Below are positions 8,685-16,868 of a stretch of 64,000 nt of DNA, piece by piece. Position 1 is the stretch's first letter; the number at the start of each line of letters is the position of its first letter. The translations under genes and the position numbers were made by a program. The stretch spans positions 9,014 to 73,013 of IMG/VR virus record IMGVR_UViG_3300030329_003201. One strand, given 5' to 3'. Source of the stretch: a virus. The notes under the pieces are model-generated. The model was not told the origin of the DNA. It worked only from the letters and a program-made list of their open reading frames with translations, and did no database searches.

Positions 8685-9491
8685 CTAAGAAAGATCGTCC
8701 TCGGTGATCAATGTATAAGTAAACACCTCAGCCTTGGACGCTTTCCAGATCTTAACTGCTTCTTCCCAGTCCGCTAATCGTGCAAAAACCTGGCACCCTG
8801 CGGACCACTTATCTACTCGCGTAGAGTTAGCTCCTGCGTGATGCAAATTACAGCCGTACCACCCCTCGGTTCCGAGGTCATCTTCGTGTCCAAAATCAAG
8901 TATATTATCGCGGTTTCCATCACGCCATACGCGGATGGTCGAGGCTCTTTGGCATAGCGTTTCGTATTTTCCCCGATGCATGTCCCATTTGTAAGCACGA
9001 TATTGGCCGGGAACCATGATCGCTGTCCCAGCCGCACGCCCGTAAACCTCAGGGTGTTCTAAGCAGTAAGTCCCTGGGTCTGTAGTGATACGATACTTCT
9101 TGTGCTGCCACAGTCCGTTGTTTACCCAAACCAAGTGCATCTCATCGTCAAAGCTATTGGAGATGGGGTTGTTTGAGCGGACACCAATGATGTTGATCTG
9201 TCCATCAGTGTACACGTCATAGTCTTTGGCCTTCAGAACGCCAATGATAGATGGCGGCTCATCCGAAACCTCGGGCTGCTTTGGCTCCTCCTGGTCCCTG
9301 AGAGCCTTCAAGGTGTTCGGCCCAACGATTCCATCAACACCGAGTCCAGCAGCAGCCTGGAAGCGCTTTACGGCCTTCTCTGTGCCGCGCCCAAAGATCC
9401 CATCAACTCCAATCTGTCCGTAGCCTTTGTCATTCAAAAGCTTCTGGACTTCTTTTACGTCACTGCCTCTACTTCCGTTTCGAAGGAGCAT
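8685..9491 (-). CDS. Endolysin: peptidoglycan-binding domain plus His/Cys (L,D-transpeptidase-like) catalytic domain
   Basis: LRNGSRGSDVKEVQ...DGIFGRGT...DGIVGPNT; NLHHAG...WSAGCQV; GGAGG RBS before ATG 9491. Confidence 0.85.
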   Translation of the reverse strand: MLLRNGSRGSDVKEVQKLLNDKGYGQIGVDGIFGRGTEKAVKRFQAAAGLGVDGIVGPNTLKALRDQEEPKQPEVSDEPPSIIGVLKAKDYDVYTDGQINIIGVRSNNPISNSFDDEMHLVWVNNGLWQHKKYRITTDPGTYCLEHPEVYGRAAGTAIMVPGQYRAYKWDMHRGKYETLCQRASTIRVWRDGNRDNILDFGHEDDLGTEGWYGCNLHHAGANSTRVDKWSAGCQVFARLADWEEAVKIWKASKAEVFTYTLITEDDLS

Positions 9492-9656
9492 GTGGTGCCT
9501 CCAGTAAAGGCAGAGATGAAAATGATCTCTTCGGGGTGGGGTCCTGAACCGGAGGCTTTCTTGTCTTAACACTGGTTCGGACAACAGTCACAGAGGACTT
9601 CTTTACTTTTTTTACTTCCATCGAACGATGACGAAAAGAATGAGTCTTAGAAGTTT

Positions 9657-10055
9657 TCATGTGGAAATAAGAATCTTATAGGAAGCGGAAGCGCCTGGTG
9701 CGGTGCTAGCTGCTACAGATCCTGACGCAGCGCCAGCGGTTGTAACGCAAACAGCTTTTAGTCCGGCCCCGTATGATGTTCCTGTTGGGCTTGAGTATGT
9801 ACGAGCAACATTAGCTGGACACATGAACACCCACTCCGGTTGAGTTGGGCTGTCCGTACCAATCGTAACGCTTCCAGTCGTATCAAACAGCTTTACATAC
9901 ACAGCAACATCGTTCGCAGTGTTGTCGATCTCTACCTTGTAGAGCGTGCCGCTTGAGCCGTCTAGTGTTTCTACGTTGTGGTCAGGATCAAGGTTTACAC
10001 AATGAAACGAACCTACGTTTGCAACGACACCTGTTTTTACTAAAGCAGAAGCCAT
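9657..10055 (-). CDS. Putative virion structural protein (beta-rich, paralog of next gene)
   Basis: YVKLFDTTGSVTIGT motif shared with 10058-10435. Confidence 0.65.
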   Translation of the reverse strand: MASALVKTGVVANVGSFHCVNLDPDHNVETLDGSSGTLYKVEIDNTANDVAVYVKLFDTTGSVTIGTDSPTQPEWVFMCPANVARTYSSPTGTSYGAGLKAVCVTTAGAASGSVAASTAPGASASYKILIST

Positions 10056-10057
10056 AC

Positions 10058-10435
10058 TTACCTCACTACCATGTCAATCTTTACACCAGCGCCACTGTCA
10101 GGAGCGGCTGTGCCTGTCGTTCCTGAACTGTCTTCTGCTGCATAAGTCATATTTGTCAAAGAAAGCCCATCAACAATGGTCCAATAGGTGTGGCCATTAT
10201 TGGTGCTTGTTCCGTCTGCTTTTAGAATGATGTCAGGATCTGTGGTTCCAACTGTTGCAGTTGTGGCATTGTAGATCTTGACGTAAGCAGGGTTTGAATG
10301 ATTATGAAAAAAATGCATAGAGTAAATCGTGACAGAGCCGCCAAACACATCAGTTTCAGCGGCTTCCGTAGCGCCAGTATCTATGAATAGATAATCGGTT
10401 TCCGTGATGGAATATTTACCTGTAGTAATTCCCAT
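10058..10435 (-). CDS. Putative virion structural protein
   Basis: YVKIYNATTATVGTTDPD motif; T/G/S-rich. Confidence 0.65.
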   Translation of the reverse strand: MGITTGKYSITETDYLFIDTGATEAAETDVFGGSVTIYSMHFFHNHSNPAYVKIYNATTATVGTTDPDIILKADGTSTNNGHTYWTIVDGLSLTNMTYAAEDSSGTTGTAAPDSGAGVKIDMVVR

Positions 10436-11074
10436 TTATCCGTTCCTCCCAGAAGGAGCCGGTGGATTCGCAGGCTGATTTACGGGAGGGGCAGCCTGTG
10501 GCTTTTCTGCGATTGCTTGTTGAACAATATCAAGACAGCGCTTCAAGCCCTCTGGCATCCCGTCATCACGAGCAAGCACCTTCACATTGTATTTAGCTGA
10601 GTTGTCCGAAGATCGAGTGTTCTCGCTGTGCGATGCAACCGACCCATGAATCTTCACATCAACGCTTACGGGACCCCATCCGGCTTTGATTTCAGTATCA
10701 ATCGTAGCCTCGTAGTCGCGGCTCGCTTTTTCTGAGGTACTTGACTTCACTTCCATCGTGAACTCAACCTCAACCTCTTTTACAGCCAACGACGGGGTGT
10801 TCAGGATGGCCAAAAGCGGAACGTCGAGTTTATTCTCAACCTCAGTGTATCCGCCCTGTCCGTCATTAACCGGCTTGGTGTACACAAAGTCCACCGTTCT
10901 GGTTTTCATGATTCCGTTTGCGTCTGCTTCAAGTCCAACATTCTGGATAAAGTCGGCAGTTGCTTTGGCAAGCTGCACTTGGGAATCACAAGCCGCCTTT
11001 AGTGGGCCACCGATCAGTTGATCCATTGGCAATCCGCCAAACTGATCTGACATTTTAACTAGGCCATCGGCCAT
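10436..11074 (-). CDS. DUF2589 family protein
   Basis: FGGLPMDQLIGGPLKAA...LAKAT, VPLLAI, EFTMEVKSS, RSSDNSAKY, PEGL motifs recalled for this family. Confidence 0.85.
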   Translation of the reverse strand: MADGLVKMSDQFGGLPMDQLIGGPLKAACDSQVQLAKATADFIQNVGLEADANGIMKTRTVDFVYTKPVNDGQGGYTEVENKLDVPLLAILNTPSLAVKEVEVEFTMEVKSSTSEKASRDYEATIDTEIKAGWGPVSVDVKIHGSVASHSENTRSSDNSAKYNVKVLARDDGMPEGLKRCLDIVQQAIAEKPQAAPPVNQPANPPAPSGRNG

Positions 11075-11083
11075 GACGAACTC

Positions 11084-11572
11084 CTATGGAAGCAATTTAA
11101 TAAGTTGATTGTCAATCCGAGCATAACCTTCGGGTGGCTCTTGCCCCTTGAAAGTTATTGAGATCTTAGCAGTATTACGTTTTTTCGCAAACCATCCATT
11201 TCCACCAACAGTTGGATTTATTTTTAGCTTGCGGTGAGTGCATCCCACATCGGCCCCATCTTCCATTCCCTGGAGTTCTACATCCATTTCAACAGTCAGG
11301 GCTTCGATAGCGAGCGACTGCCCGGTAACGAGTGTTTGCATGGGAACTTGGATGTCTTTCTCAGTCTGTTTGCCATCCTCCCACATAGGCAGACGAACCG
11401 TTACCATCCGAGGCTTGTAAACAGGAGTGCCATCAAGTGCCTTGTCTCCAGTATCAATCCAGTATTCCTGTTGTCGGATGTGATTCAGTTCATGCTGTTC
11501 AGCAATGTCTGTAGACTTTACTACTGCTTCTTGAATTGCCCCGACAAACTCATCCAGCGAGAAGTGCGCCAT
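11084..11572 (-). CDS. DUF2589 family protein (shorter partner)
   Basis: LDEFVGAIQEAV, VPMQTLV...SLAIE, KISITFKGQEPPEG motifs. Confidence 0.75.
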   Translation of the reverse strand: MAHFSLDEFVGAIQEAVVKSTDIAEQHELNHIRQQEYWIDTGDKALDGTPVYKPRMVTVRLPMWEDGKQTEKDIQVPMQTLVTGQSLAIEALTVEMDVELQGMEDGADVGCTHRKLKINPTVGGNGWFAKKRNTAKISITFKGQEPPEGYARIDNQLIKLLP

Positions 11573-11731
11573 CTATTTTCCTCGTGCCTTGAACCCTGCC
11601 ATATAAGCCTCGTACATGTACAGAACAAGGCCAGGGCTAATAAAGGGACTTATCTTATCGTCCTTCATCTCCGCGTATTGCATCTTCAAAAGCCAGCTTA
11701 CAAAAGGCTTGTGGTACTGCCATTTTATCAA
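11573..11731 (-). CDS. Small hypothetical protein (52 aa, below the ORF-track cutoff)
   Basis: TTG start overlaps the upstream stop; MIKWQYHKPFVSWLLK...YMYEAYMAGFKARGK; stop abuts the next ATG. Confidence 0.5.
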   Translation of the reverse strand: MIKWQYHKPFVSWLLKMQYAEMKDDKISPFISPGLVLYMYEAYMAGFKARGK

Positions 11732-12105
11732 GCGGAAATCCTGTTCACATATCCAACAAGATTGACTTTACTAGCAGTCCCTGCGCTTGCCGTTACTCTG
11801 CGTAAAACACTACCTGTTCCACGAACAGGTAGCCCTGCTACCAATAAAGACAATCCAGATTTTGCTGGGACTGTGACTATGATTTTGTGTGAATCTGAAA
11901 AACCGTCAGCCACAATATAGCCAAAAGCAATTACCACTTCGATATCAGACGTGTGTACGTTCGTTGCCCACAACCAAACTTCATCTTTAACAGTTGCGGA
12001 TGTGCCTGTGTCATGAACCTGAGTTGCGCTTGTGCCCAATACAATAGGGTTTCCGTCACCCTCGCTTCCACCTGGCGATAGATTTAACTTTGTATAGGTT
12101 GCCAA
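11728..12105 (-). CDS. Tail-associated small protein (paralog of 14018-14371)
   Basis: DEVWLWATN and NLVGYVNRI shared with DEIWLWCAN and NIFGFVNRM. Confidence 0.7.
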   Translation of the reverse strand: MATYTKLNLSPGGSEGDGNPIVLGTSATQVHDTGTSATVKDEVWLWATNVHTSDIEVVIAFGYIVADGFSDSHKIIVTVPAKSGLSLLVAGLPVRGTGSVLRRVTASAGTASKVNLVGYVNRISA

Positions 12106-12114
12106 ATCAACCTC

Positions 12115-12378
12115 CTATTGCTGTTGGCATTGAGACAATAACCCAGAAATCATACCAATACTGGACACCATTGACTCGTGAGCTTTCTTTAGCTCTTCTA
12201 TTTCTTTCTCTGCCTGATGAAGAGCAAAGTTTGGGTCGGGGCATTCCTTCTCTTCGCTATGAGAACTATGAGTAAGCTCAAGACCCCCAACACCTATTGC
12301 AGAGCCGCCAGCAAGATAGACGAGTATCCAGCCCCACGGAGGCATGTTGGAAAAGGGATTGGTCGAGCCTTCACTCAC
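12115..12378 (-). CDS. Membrane-anchored coiled-coil protein (spanin/holin-like candidate)
   Basis: N-terminal TM (PPWGWILVYLAGG) followed by a coiled coil. Confidence 0.55.
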   Translation of the reverse strand: MSEGSTNPFSNMPPWGWILVYLAGGSAIGVGGLELTHSSHSEEKECPDPNFALHQAEKEIEELKKAHESMVSSIGMISGLLSQCQQQ

Positions 12379-12532
12379 GTTCCTTCTTTAGCACCCGCTC
12401 AAAAAGCTCTTCATACTTTCGGGTCATCATCGTGAGGGCTTTGCCCTGTCGTCGATTTGTGTTGATGAGGTACGCAATGAAGCCGCAAGTCATGCCTAAA
12501 TCCAGGTAGCTCGCTACTACACTTGCCTCCAC
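12371..12532 (-). CDS. Putative small holin-like protein (53 aa, not in ORF track)
   Basis: GTG start; MEASVVASYLDLGMTCGFIAYLINTNRRQGK...YEELFERVLKKERE has one TM plus a charged helix, like BhlA/UviB holins. Confidence 0.5.
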   Translation of the reverse strand: MEASVVASYLDLGMTCGFIAYLINTNRRQGKALTMMTRKYEELFERVLKKERE

Positions 12533-12533
12533 A

Positions 12534-12725
12534 TCAACCTTCCATAAGGATCGCGATGCATTGCATGATCACCACTGTCGCAAGGATCAGCCCTTGTGCC
12601 TTGTGGATCTCTTTCTTGATGCCTTGAATGTCTTCTCGAATAGCTGACACCTCAGCCTCCGTAGTGTCAACGCGCTGACCAAGGACTGCTACATCAGTTT
12701 CGAGTTTTCGTACACGTTGCTCCAT
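12534..12725 (-). CDS. XhlA-like coiled-coil protein with C-terminal TM
   Basis: MEQRVRKLETDVAVL coiled coil and hydrophobic C-terminus. Confidence 0.6.
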   Translation of the reverse strand: MEQRVRKLETDVAVLGQRVDTTEAEVSAIREDIQGIKKEIHKAQGLILATVVIMQCIAILMEG

Positions 12726-12728
12726 TCA

Positions 12729-13016
12729 CTAGCCCCCAATGCTACCGCGTAAATACCACAGTTTTTCGTTAGCGGTAGCGCCTGTGAAGCTTGAGACTTC
12801 ATCTTGCATGCAGGCAAGAAAGATTTCATCAGGAGTTACATCGGTAATTTGAAGCGCCCTATTGGCAGTACATTCGACTAAAGCATAGTTAGAATAAGAA
12901 GAACTTTTAGACGTAGAGCCCATGTCCACGCCCCACAATTCCCCAGCCTCTACGGCTTCGACTATATCGTCGGCTGCGCTGGTGCTGCTCGTCTCAAACA
13001 AACATATTGAAGCCAT
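12729..13016 (-). CDS. Hypothetical protein (tail region)
   Basis: Tightly packed ORF in the late operon. Confidence 0.6.
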   Translation of the reverse strand: MASICLFETSSTSAADDIVEAVEAGELWGVDMGSTSKSSSYSNYALVECTANRALQITDVTPDEIFLACMQDEVSSFTGATANEKLWYLRGSIGG

Positions 13017-13019
13017 GAA

Positions 13020-14018
13020 CTACTCCAGTGCGGCGCGTGCGGCAAGAGGCTGAAGCAAATACCTAAGCTTCTTGATGCGGATAACACCGCCCTTCTTTCC
13101 ATTAACATCGAAACCAAACCAGCATGCCAAATACAGGTGCTTACCTCCAAACCTACATGCGTTGTTTGTGGTCGAGGTGGACGCGACCATTGGCCCAAAT
13201 GGTGTAGTTGTAGAATAAGAACCAGATAACATCTGCTCATTGTAAGAACCGATGGGGTGCGCGGTCATATTTGTTGAGAGTCCGGCTTGGAACACAATAG
13301 CATCATGGGAGGTTGCGTCTCCACCCGGCTGGTTTCGCCAGATACGCCCACCCTGCGGACCTTTCCCATGACGGGTAAAAAGTCCTGACTTGTACAAGTC
13401 TAACTTCTGAGTAGCGTTGCTAAAGTTGTTAGGATCGTTAGCGCGATTCTTTGTCACATACGCACCAGCGTAGTTGCCAGAGCCGGGTAGAGGAGGATCT
13501 GTGCCCTGATCAGAATCATAGGCGATGATACCGCAAGCAGCGTGGACCTGATGTCCGTAAGCTTGATCAGATGTTCCATTGATCGGCCCGTTTGTGTGGT
13601 CGAACTGCATCTCCATTTTAAAAAGGGTGCTCTCACTTTGGTAGCTATTCGCCGCTTGACCCGCAGGAGTCGCCTGGTTTGCCCAGGGAGCAAACTTTAC
13701 CTTCTTAATAAACCACAAGCCACCCTGTGTGGTGGTGATGTTCCTACAGTTGTACCCGCTGCCAATATCAGGGAAGGTGACGTGTAGTTGATCACCCGAC
13801 ATCGCCGCCGTTACGTTAATATCACCGATGCCAGATCCCTCGATTTTCTTCCAATCAGAGTCATCTATCATCTTGGTGAGATCAAAGTCCACCCAATCCT
13901 TCCAAGCGTTCCCGCCGCCAGAAGAAGGGGTTTTGGGGCCACGTCTTGGAATAAAGGTGGGGATCCGACTAACCCTTGGGGCGTATAACCCAACATCAAA
14001 TCGGCTACGCCTACTCAT
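13020..14018 (-). CDS. Putative tail fibre or receptor-binding domain protein
   Basis: G/S/T/N-rich beta composition within the tail cluster. Confidence 0.55.
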   Translation of the reverse strand: MSRRSRFDVGLYAPRVSRIPTFIPRRGPKTPSSGGGNAWKDWVDFDLTKMIDDSDWKKIEGSGIGDINVTAAMSGDQLHVTFPDIGSGYNCRNITTTQGGLWFIKKVKFAPWANQATPAGQAANSYQSESTLFKMEMQFDHTNGPINGTSDQAYGHQVHAACGIIAYDSDQGTDPPLPGSGNYAGAYVTKNRANDPNNFSNATQKLDLYKSGLFTRHGKGPQGGRIWRNQPGGDATSHDAIVFQAGLSTNMTAHPIGSYNEQMLSGSYSTTTPFGPMVASTSTTNNACRFGGKHLYLACWFGFDVNGKKGGVIRIKKLRYLLQPLAARAALE

Positions 14019-14371
14019 CAGATGTCCATCCTGTTTACGAATCCAAAGATGTTGATCACGTTCGCTTGGGCCGCAAACGCCTTGACATAAAGGCCGTTCC
14101 GAAGTGGGATGCCCGGTGCAATCTGCACAAGACCGGCGTCCTCAGTGATATCAATGACAATCAAATCGTCAGCGGCTGTATCGCCCCACTCAATGGTTAG
14201 CTCAACTGCACCAGAATGCTGGTTGGCGCACCACAACCAGATTTCATCAATGTCGGTTGCATCGTTTACTGCCTGGTGGATGGTAACAGCAGCACCACTA
14301 GTGGTGCCCGTAACCTTGATTCCTCTGCCATGGGTGCTTCCGCTAAGAAGCTGCTTACTAATTGTAGCCAT
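14018..14371 (-). CDS. Tail-associated small protein
   Basis: MATISKQLLSGSTHGRGIKV...DEIWLW; follows the tail fibre gene. Confidence 0.7.
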   Translation of the reverse strand: MATISKQLLSGSTHGRGIKVTGTTSGAAVTIHQAVNDATDIDEIWLWCANQHSGAVELTIEWGDTAADDLIVIDITEDAGLVQIAPGIPLRNGLYVKAFAAQANVINIFGFVNRMDI

Positions 14372-14380
14372 TGCGTGATC

Positions 14381-15544
14381 CTATGTAAAAACTTGCATGT
14401 GGAGAACGTGATTGAGGTCGGACCCTAAATCCGTCCAATCCAATGTCGCCTCGTTGCTCGAAACTGTTGACTGAAGAACTTTCCCGGTGGCCCCAACTGT
14501 AGCGGGAAGAATGATTTTGAAGTTCGAACCAATGTTTGCTGCTGCTAGAATCTGAACAAAGTTGGTGCCGTTATCAGAGTCTTCATTCAAAAGAAGGCTT
14601 GCCGCCGATGCTGTTGACCCGTAAACCCGAAGGCCGCCCGTGCCTTTTGGTTTCATTGAAATCGTAATGTTGGCCGAGTCACCAAGAGCGCTAATCGACG
14701 GAGCGCTTCCGTCTGCGGCGTTTTCAATCTCAACGTAGTTGACGGCACTCCCAACTTCACAGAACTTCAAAAGTTTAGCGTTATTGCTGTCAACAATAGC
14801 CTTACCATCAGCCATTTCAATGTCGCCAGGAACGACAATGTCACCATCTTCCTCAATGGTAAACACGGTAGCCAAGCTGTTGGCGCTACTGCCGGAAGCA
14901 CCGGGTGCGGAACTTTTGAAGACAATAGATCCACCAGCGGCGTTTCCTGTGCTCTGCCCACCACTAATCGTCAGGCTCCTACCGGCAGTGTTGGTGCCAG
15001 AAACAGCAGCAATAGACATGGTAGCGTTTTGGCCGTTTGAATACTGAAGATCACCGCCGTTTACAGTGAGGTCACCATCAACCTGAGTGTTCCCAGATCC
15101 GTCAAACGAGATGCCCGCAGACCCACCGTTGTCTACGATGTTGTTGCCGGAGACTCTAAGGTCGCCAGCAAACACAACATTCTGAGCCTCATTGACTGTA
15201 ATGGCGGCAACAAGACTGGACCCTGTATGCGTAGACAGGATCATCTTGCCTTTGGTGTCGTCAGAAGAGCCGCTATGGCTTACCTCAATCTGTCCAAGCG
15301 CAACATCGGCGTGGTCTTCAAAGATCAGCTTCGATTCACAGCCACCATCTGTGTTCTCGGATGTTGAGTTCTTCAGAGTGACATACGGAGCATTGTCTTC
15401 AACCTGTAGCTTTGTCCCAGGAGAGGCCGTACCAATACCAACACGATCATTGGTTTCATCAACTACAACGGTTGGGCTATCGACCTCAAGGTCGGTAAGG
15501 ATCTGTGATCCCCCACTGCTGTTGAACGCACTATTGAATCCCAT
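14381..15544 (-). CDS. Tail fibre protein
   Basis: VDETNDRVGIGTASP, GDLTVNGGD and AGRSLTISGGQSTG fibre-type repeats. Confidence 0.8.
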   Translation of the reverse strand: MGFNSAFNSSGGSQILTDLEVDSPTVVVDETNDRVGIGTASPGTKLQVEDNAPYVTLKNSTSENTDGGCESKLIFEDHADVALGQIEVSHSGSSDDTKGKMILSTHTGSSLVAAITVNEAQNVVFAGDLRVSGNNIVDNGGSAGISFDGSGNTQVDGDLTVNGGDLQYSNGQNATMSIAAVSGTNTAGRSLTISGGQSTGNAAGGSIVFKSSAPGASGSSANSLATVFTIEEDGDIVVPGDIEMADGKAIVDSNNAKLLKFCEVGSAVNYVEIENAADGSAPSISALGDSANITISMKPKGTGGLRVYGSTASAASLLLNEDSDNGTNFVQILAAANIGSNFKIILPATVGATGKVLQSTVSSNEATLDWTDLGSDLNHVLHMQVFT

Positions 15545-15552
15545 GCTACCCC

Positions 15553-15984
15553 CTAGTTGCCCGCTTTCGAATCAGCCCAATGCAGCCTCGCTGTGGCCAC
15601 CTCTGGGCTTCCTGTTGCATTATCAACGATAACCCAAAGGTAGCACTTCCCGGCAGTTGTCTGCGCGGTAGGCGCAGTCACTACAGCATCCAGCGCAATC
15701 GAGACATGCTTGAGGTTACTTGTGCTTCCAGACTGAAGCTTCTGACCTGTAGCCTCACCAGTCATCGGATGATCCCTGCCGCTGTCCCAAGTCAAAAAAC
15801 AAGAGACAGTCGAGGCACCAGTTGCATTTGTAAGCGAAATATCAACATGTGACAGGTAACAAGCTTGCGGCATTGCCTTCGACTTAGCGTCAACGGTGGC
15901 GTCTTCGTGAAGAAGAACGCCGTTTCCGTAGGTAGTCACGATTTCAGTTGTAGCGTTGTCGTTGCAAATGAAGCCCTGCATCAC
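15553..15984 (-). CDS. Putative structural protein
   Basis: GGAGG RBS; beta-rich; in the late operon. Confidence 0.65.
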   Translation of the reverse strand: MMQGFICNDNATTEIVTTYGNGVLLHEDATVDAKSKAMPQACYLSHVDISLTNATGASTVSCFLTWDSGRDHPMTGEATGQKLQSGSTSNLKHVSIALDAVVTAPTAQTTAGKCYLWVIVDNATGSPEVATARLHWADSKAGN

Positions 15985-16009
15985 GGCCTCCTATTTAGAG
16001 GGTGATGAA

Positions 16010-16795
16010 CTACGCTGTACGCTTTGAAATCACGCGAACATAGTCAATGTCTAACGAATGGGCACGCTCAGTTCCGCCAGCGTTTGTGCGAGCAAAAAGG
16101 ATAAATGGCTCAAGATAATCCGTTGCTGCCATCTGGTCGGCATCAAACGTATTTCCATTGTTTGCAAGAACACCATCAACATAGAAAAGAATGTTGCTCA
16201 AATCCGTCATGTCAATCTTGAGTGTGTGCCAACTACCAGCAGTAAAGTCAATACCGCTGTCAACATCGTCATTGTCAGTAGTGGCGTCATCACTTTCAAG
16301 GAAAATGCTGTTGGTGGCCTGTGCGCCTCCGCCCAAGCGGAACCCGACATTGTCGGCAAATCCATCCACAGCGCCTGCGCTCGTACTAACAGCAGATCCA
16401 GCCGTGACCAAACCAACCCAAACCTCGTAAACGCTATCTGTGGAAAAAACAGAGTCAGTACTGAGGTTCACTCGTACACGAGCTTCAAAGATGGGCTCTT
16501 GGGTTGGCGAGATGGCGTTTGTTCCACCGAGGCTTAAAAGCATCGCTTCGGCAGCGTTGTCGGTGCTATGAAGCAGCCGAAGAACGCCGTCTGGTGCGTC
16601 AATAAAGTCACCAGTTGCAGATGTGCTTCCCGCTTCGGTAATCACCCAAGGAAGAACAGCGGTTTCTCCAACATCTTGGATAAAGTCGGAAAACAACTCA
16701 ACGTAGGTGCCAGCACTGCGCGAAACCCACTGGTAATCGCTAACAGCATCATGTTGAAGGCGTCGTCCGCCCGTAAGTTGTGGGAGTAGGGACAT
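16010..16795 (-). CDS. Putative structural protein with lectin/LamG-like beta-sandwich
   Basis: FEARV, WHTLKID, FYVDG and LDIDYVRV motifs. Confidence 0.65.
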   Translation of the reverse strand: MSLLPQLTGGRRLQHDAVSDYQWVSRSAGTYVELFSDFIQDVGETAVLPWVITEAGSTSATGDFIDAPDGVLRLLHSTDNAAEAMLLSLGGTNAISPTQEPIFEARVRVNLSTDSVFSTDSVYEVWVGLVTAGSAVSTSAGAVDGFADNVGFRLGGGAQATNSIFLESDDATTDNDDVDSGIDFTAGSWHTLKIDMTDLSNILFYVDGVLANNGNTFDADQMAATDYLEPFILFARTNAGGTERAHSLDIDYVRVISKRTA

Positions 16796-16868
16796 TTGTT
16801 TTCTCCTTACGAGAATGTTTTGGTGGAAATCTGATGAATGCTAACACGATAAACGCAATACGGGAACG

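Noticed and set aside
11234-11920. 228-aa + strand ORF
   Set aside because: Overlaps three coupled minus-strand late genes; composition is not protein-like
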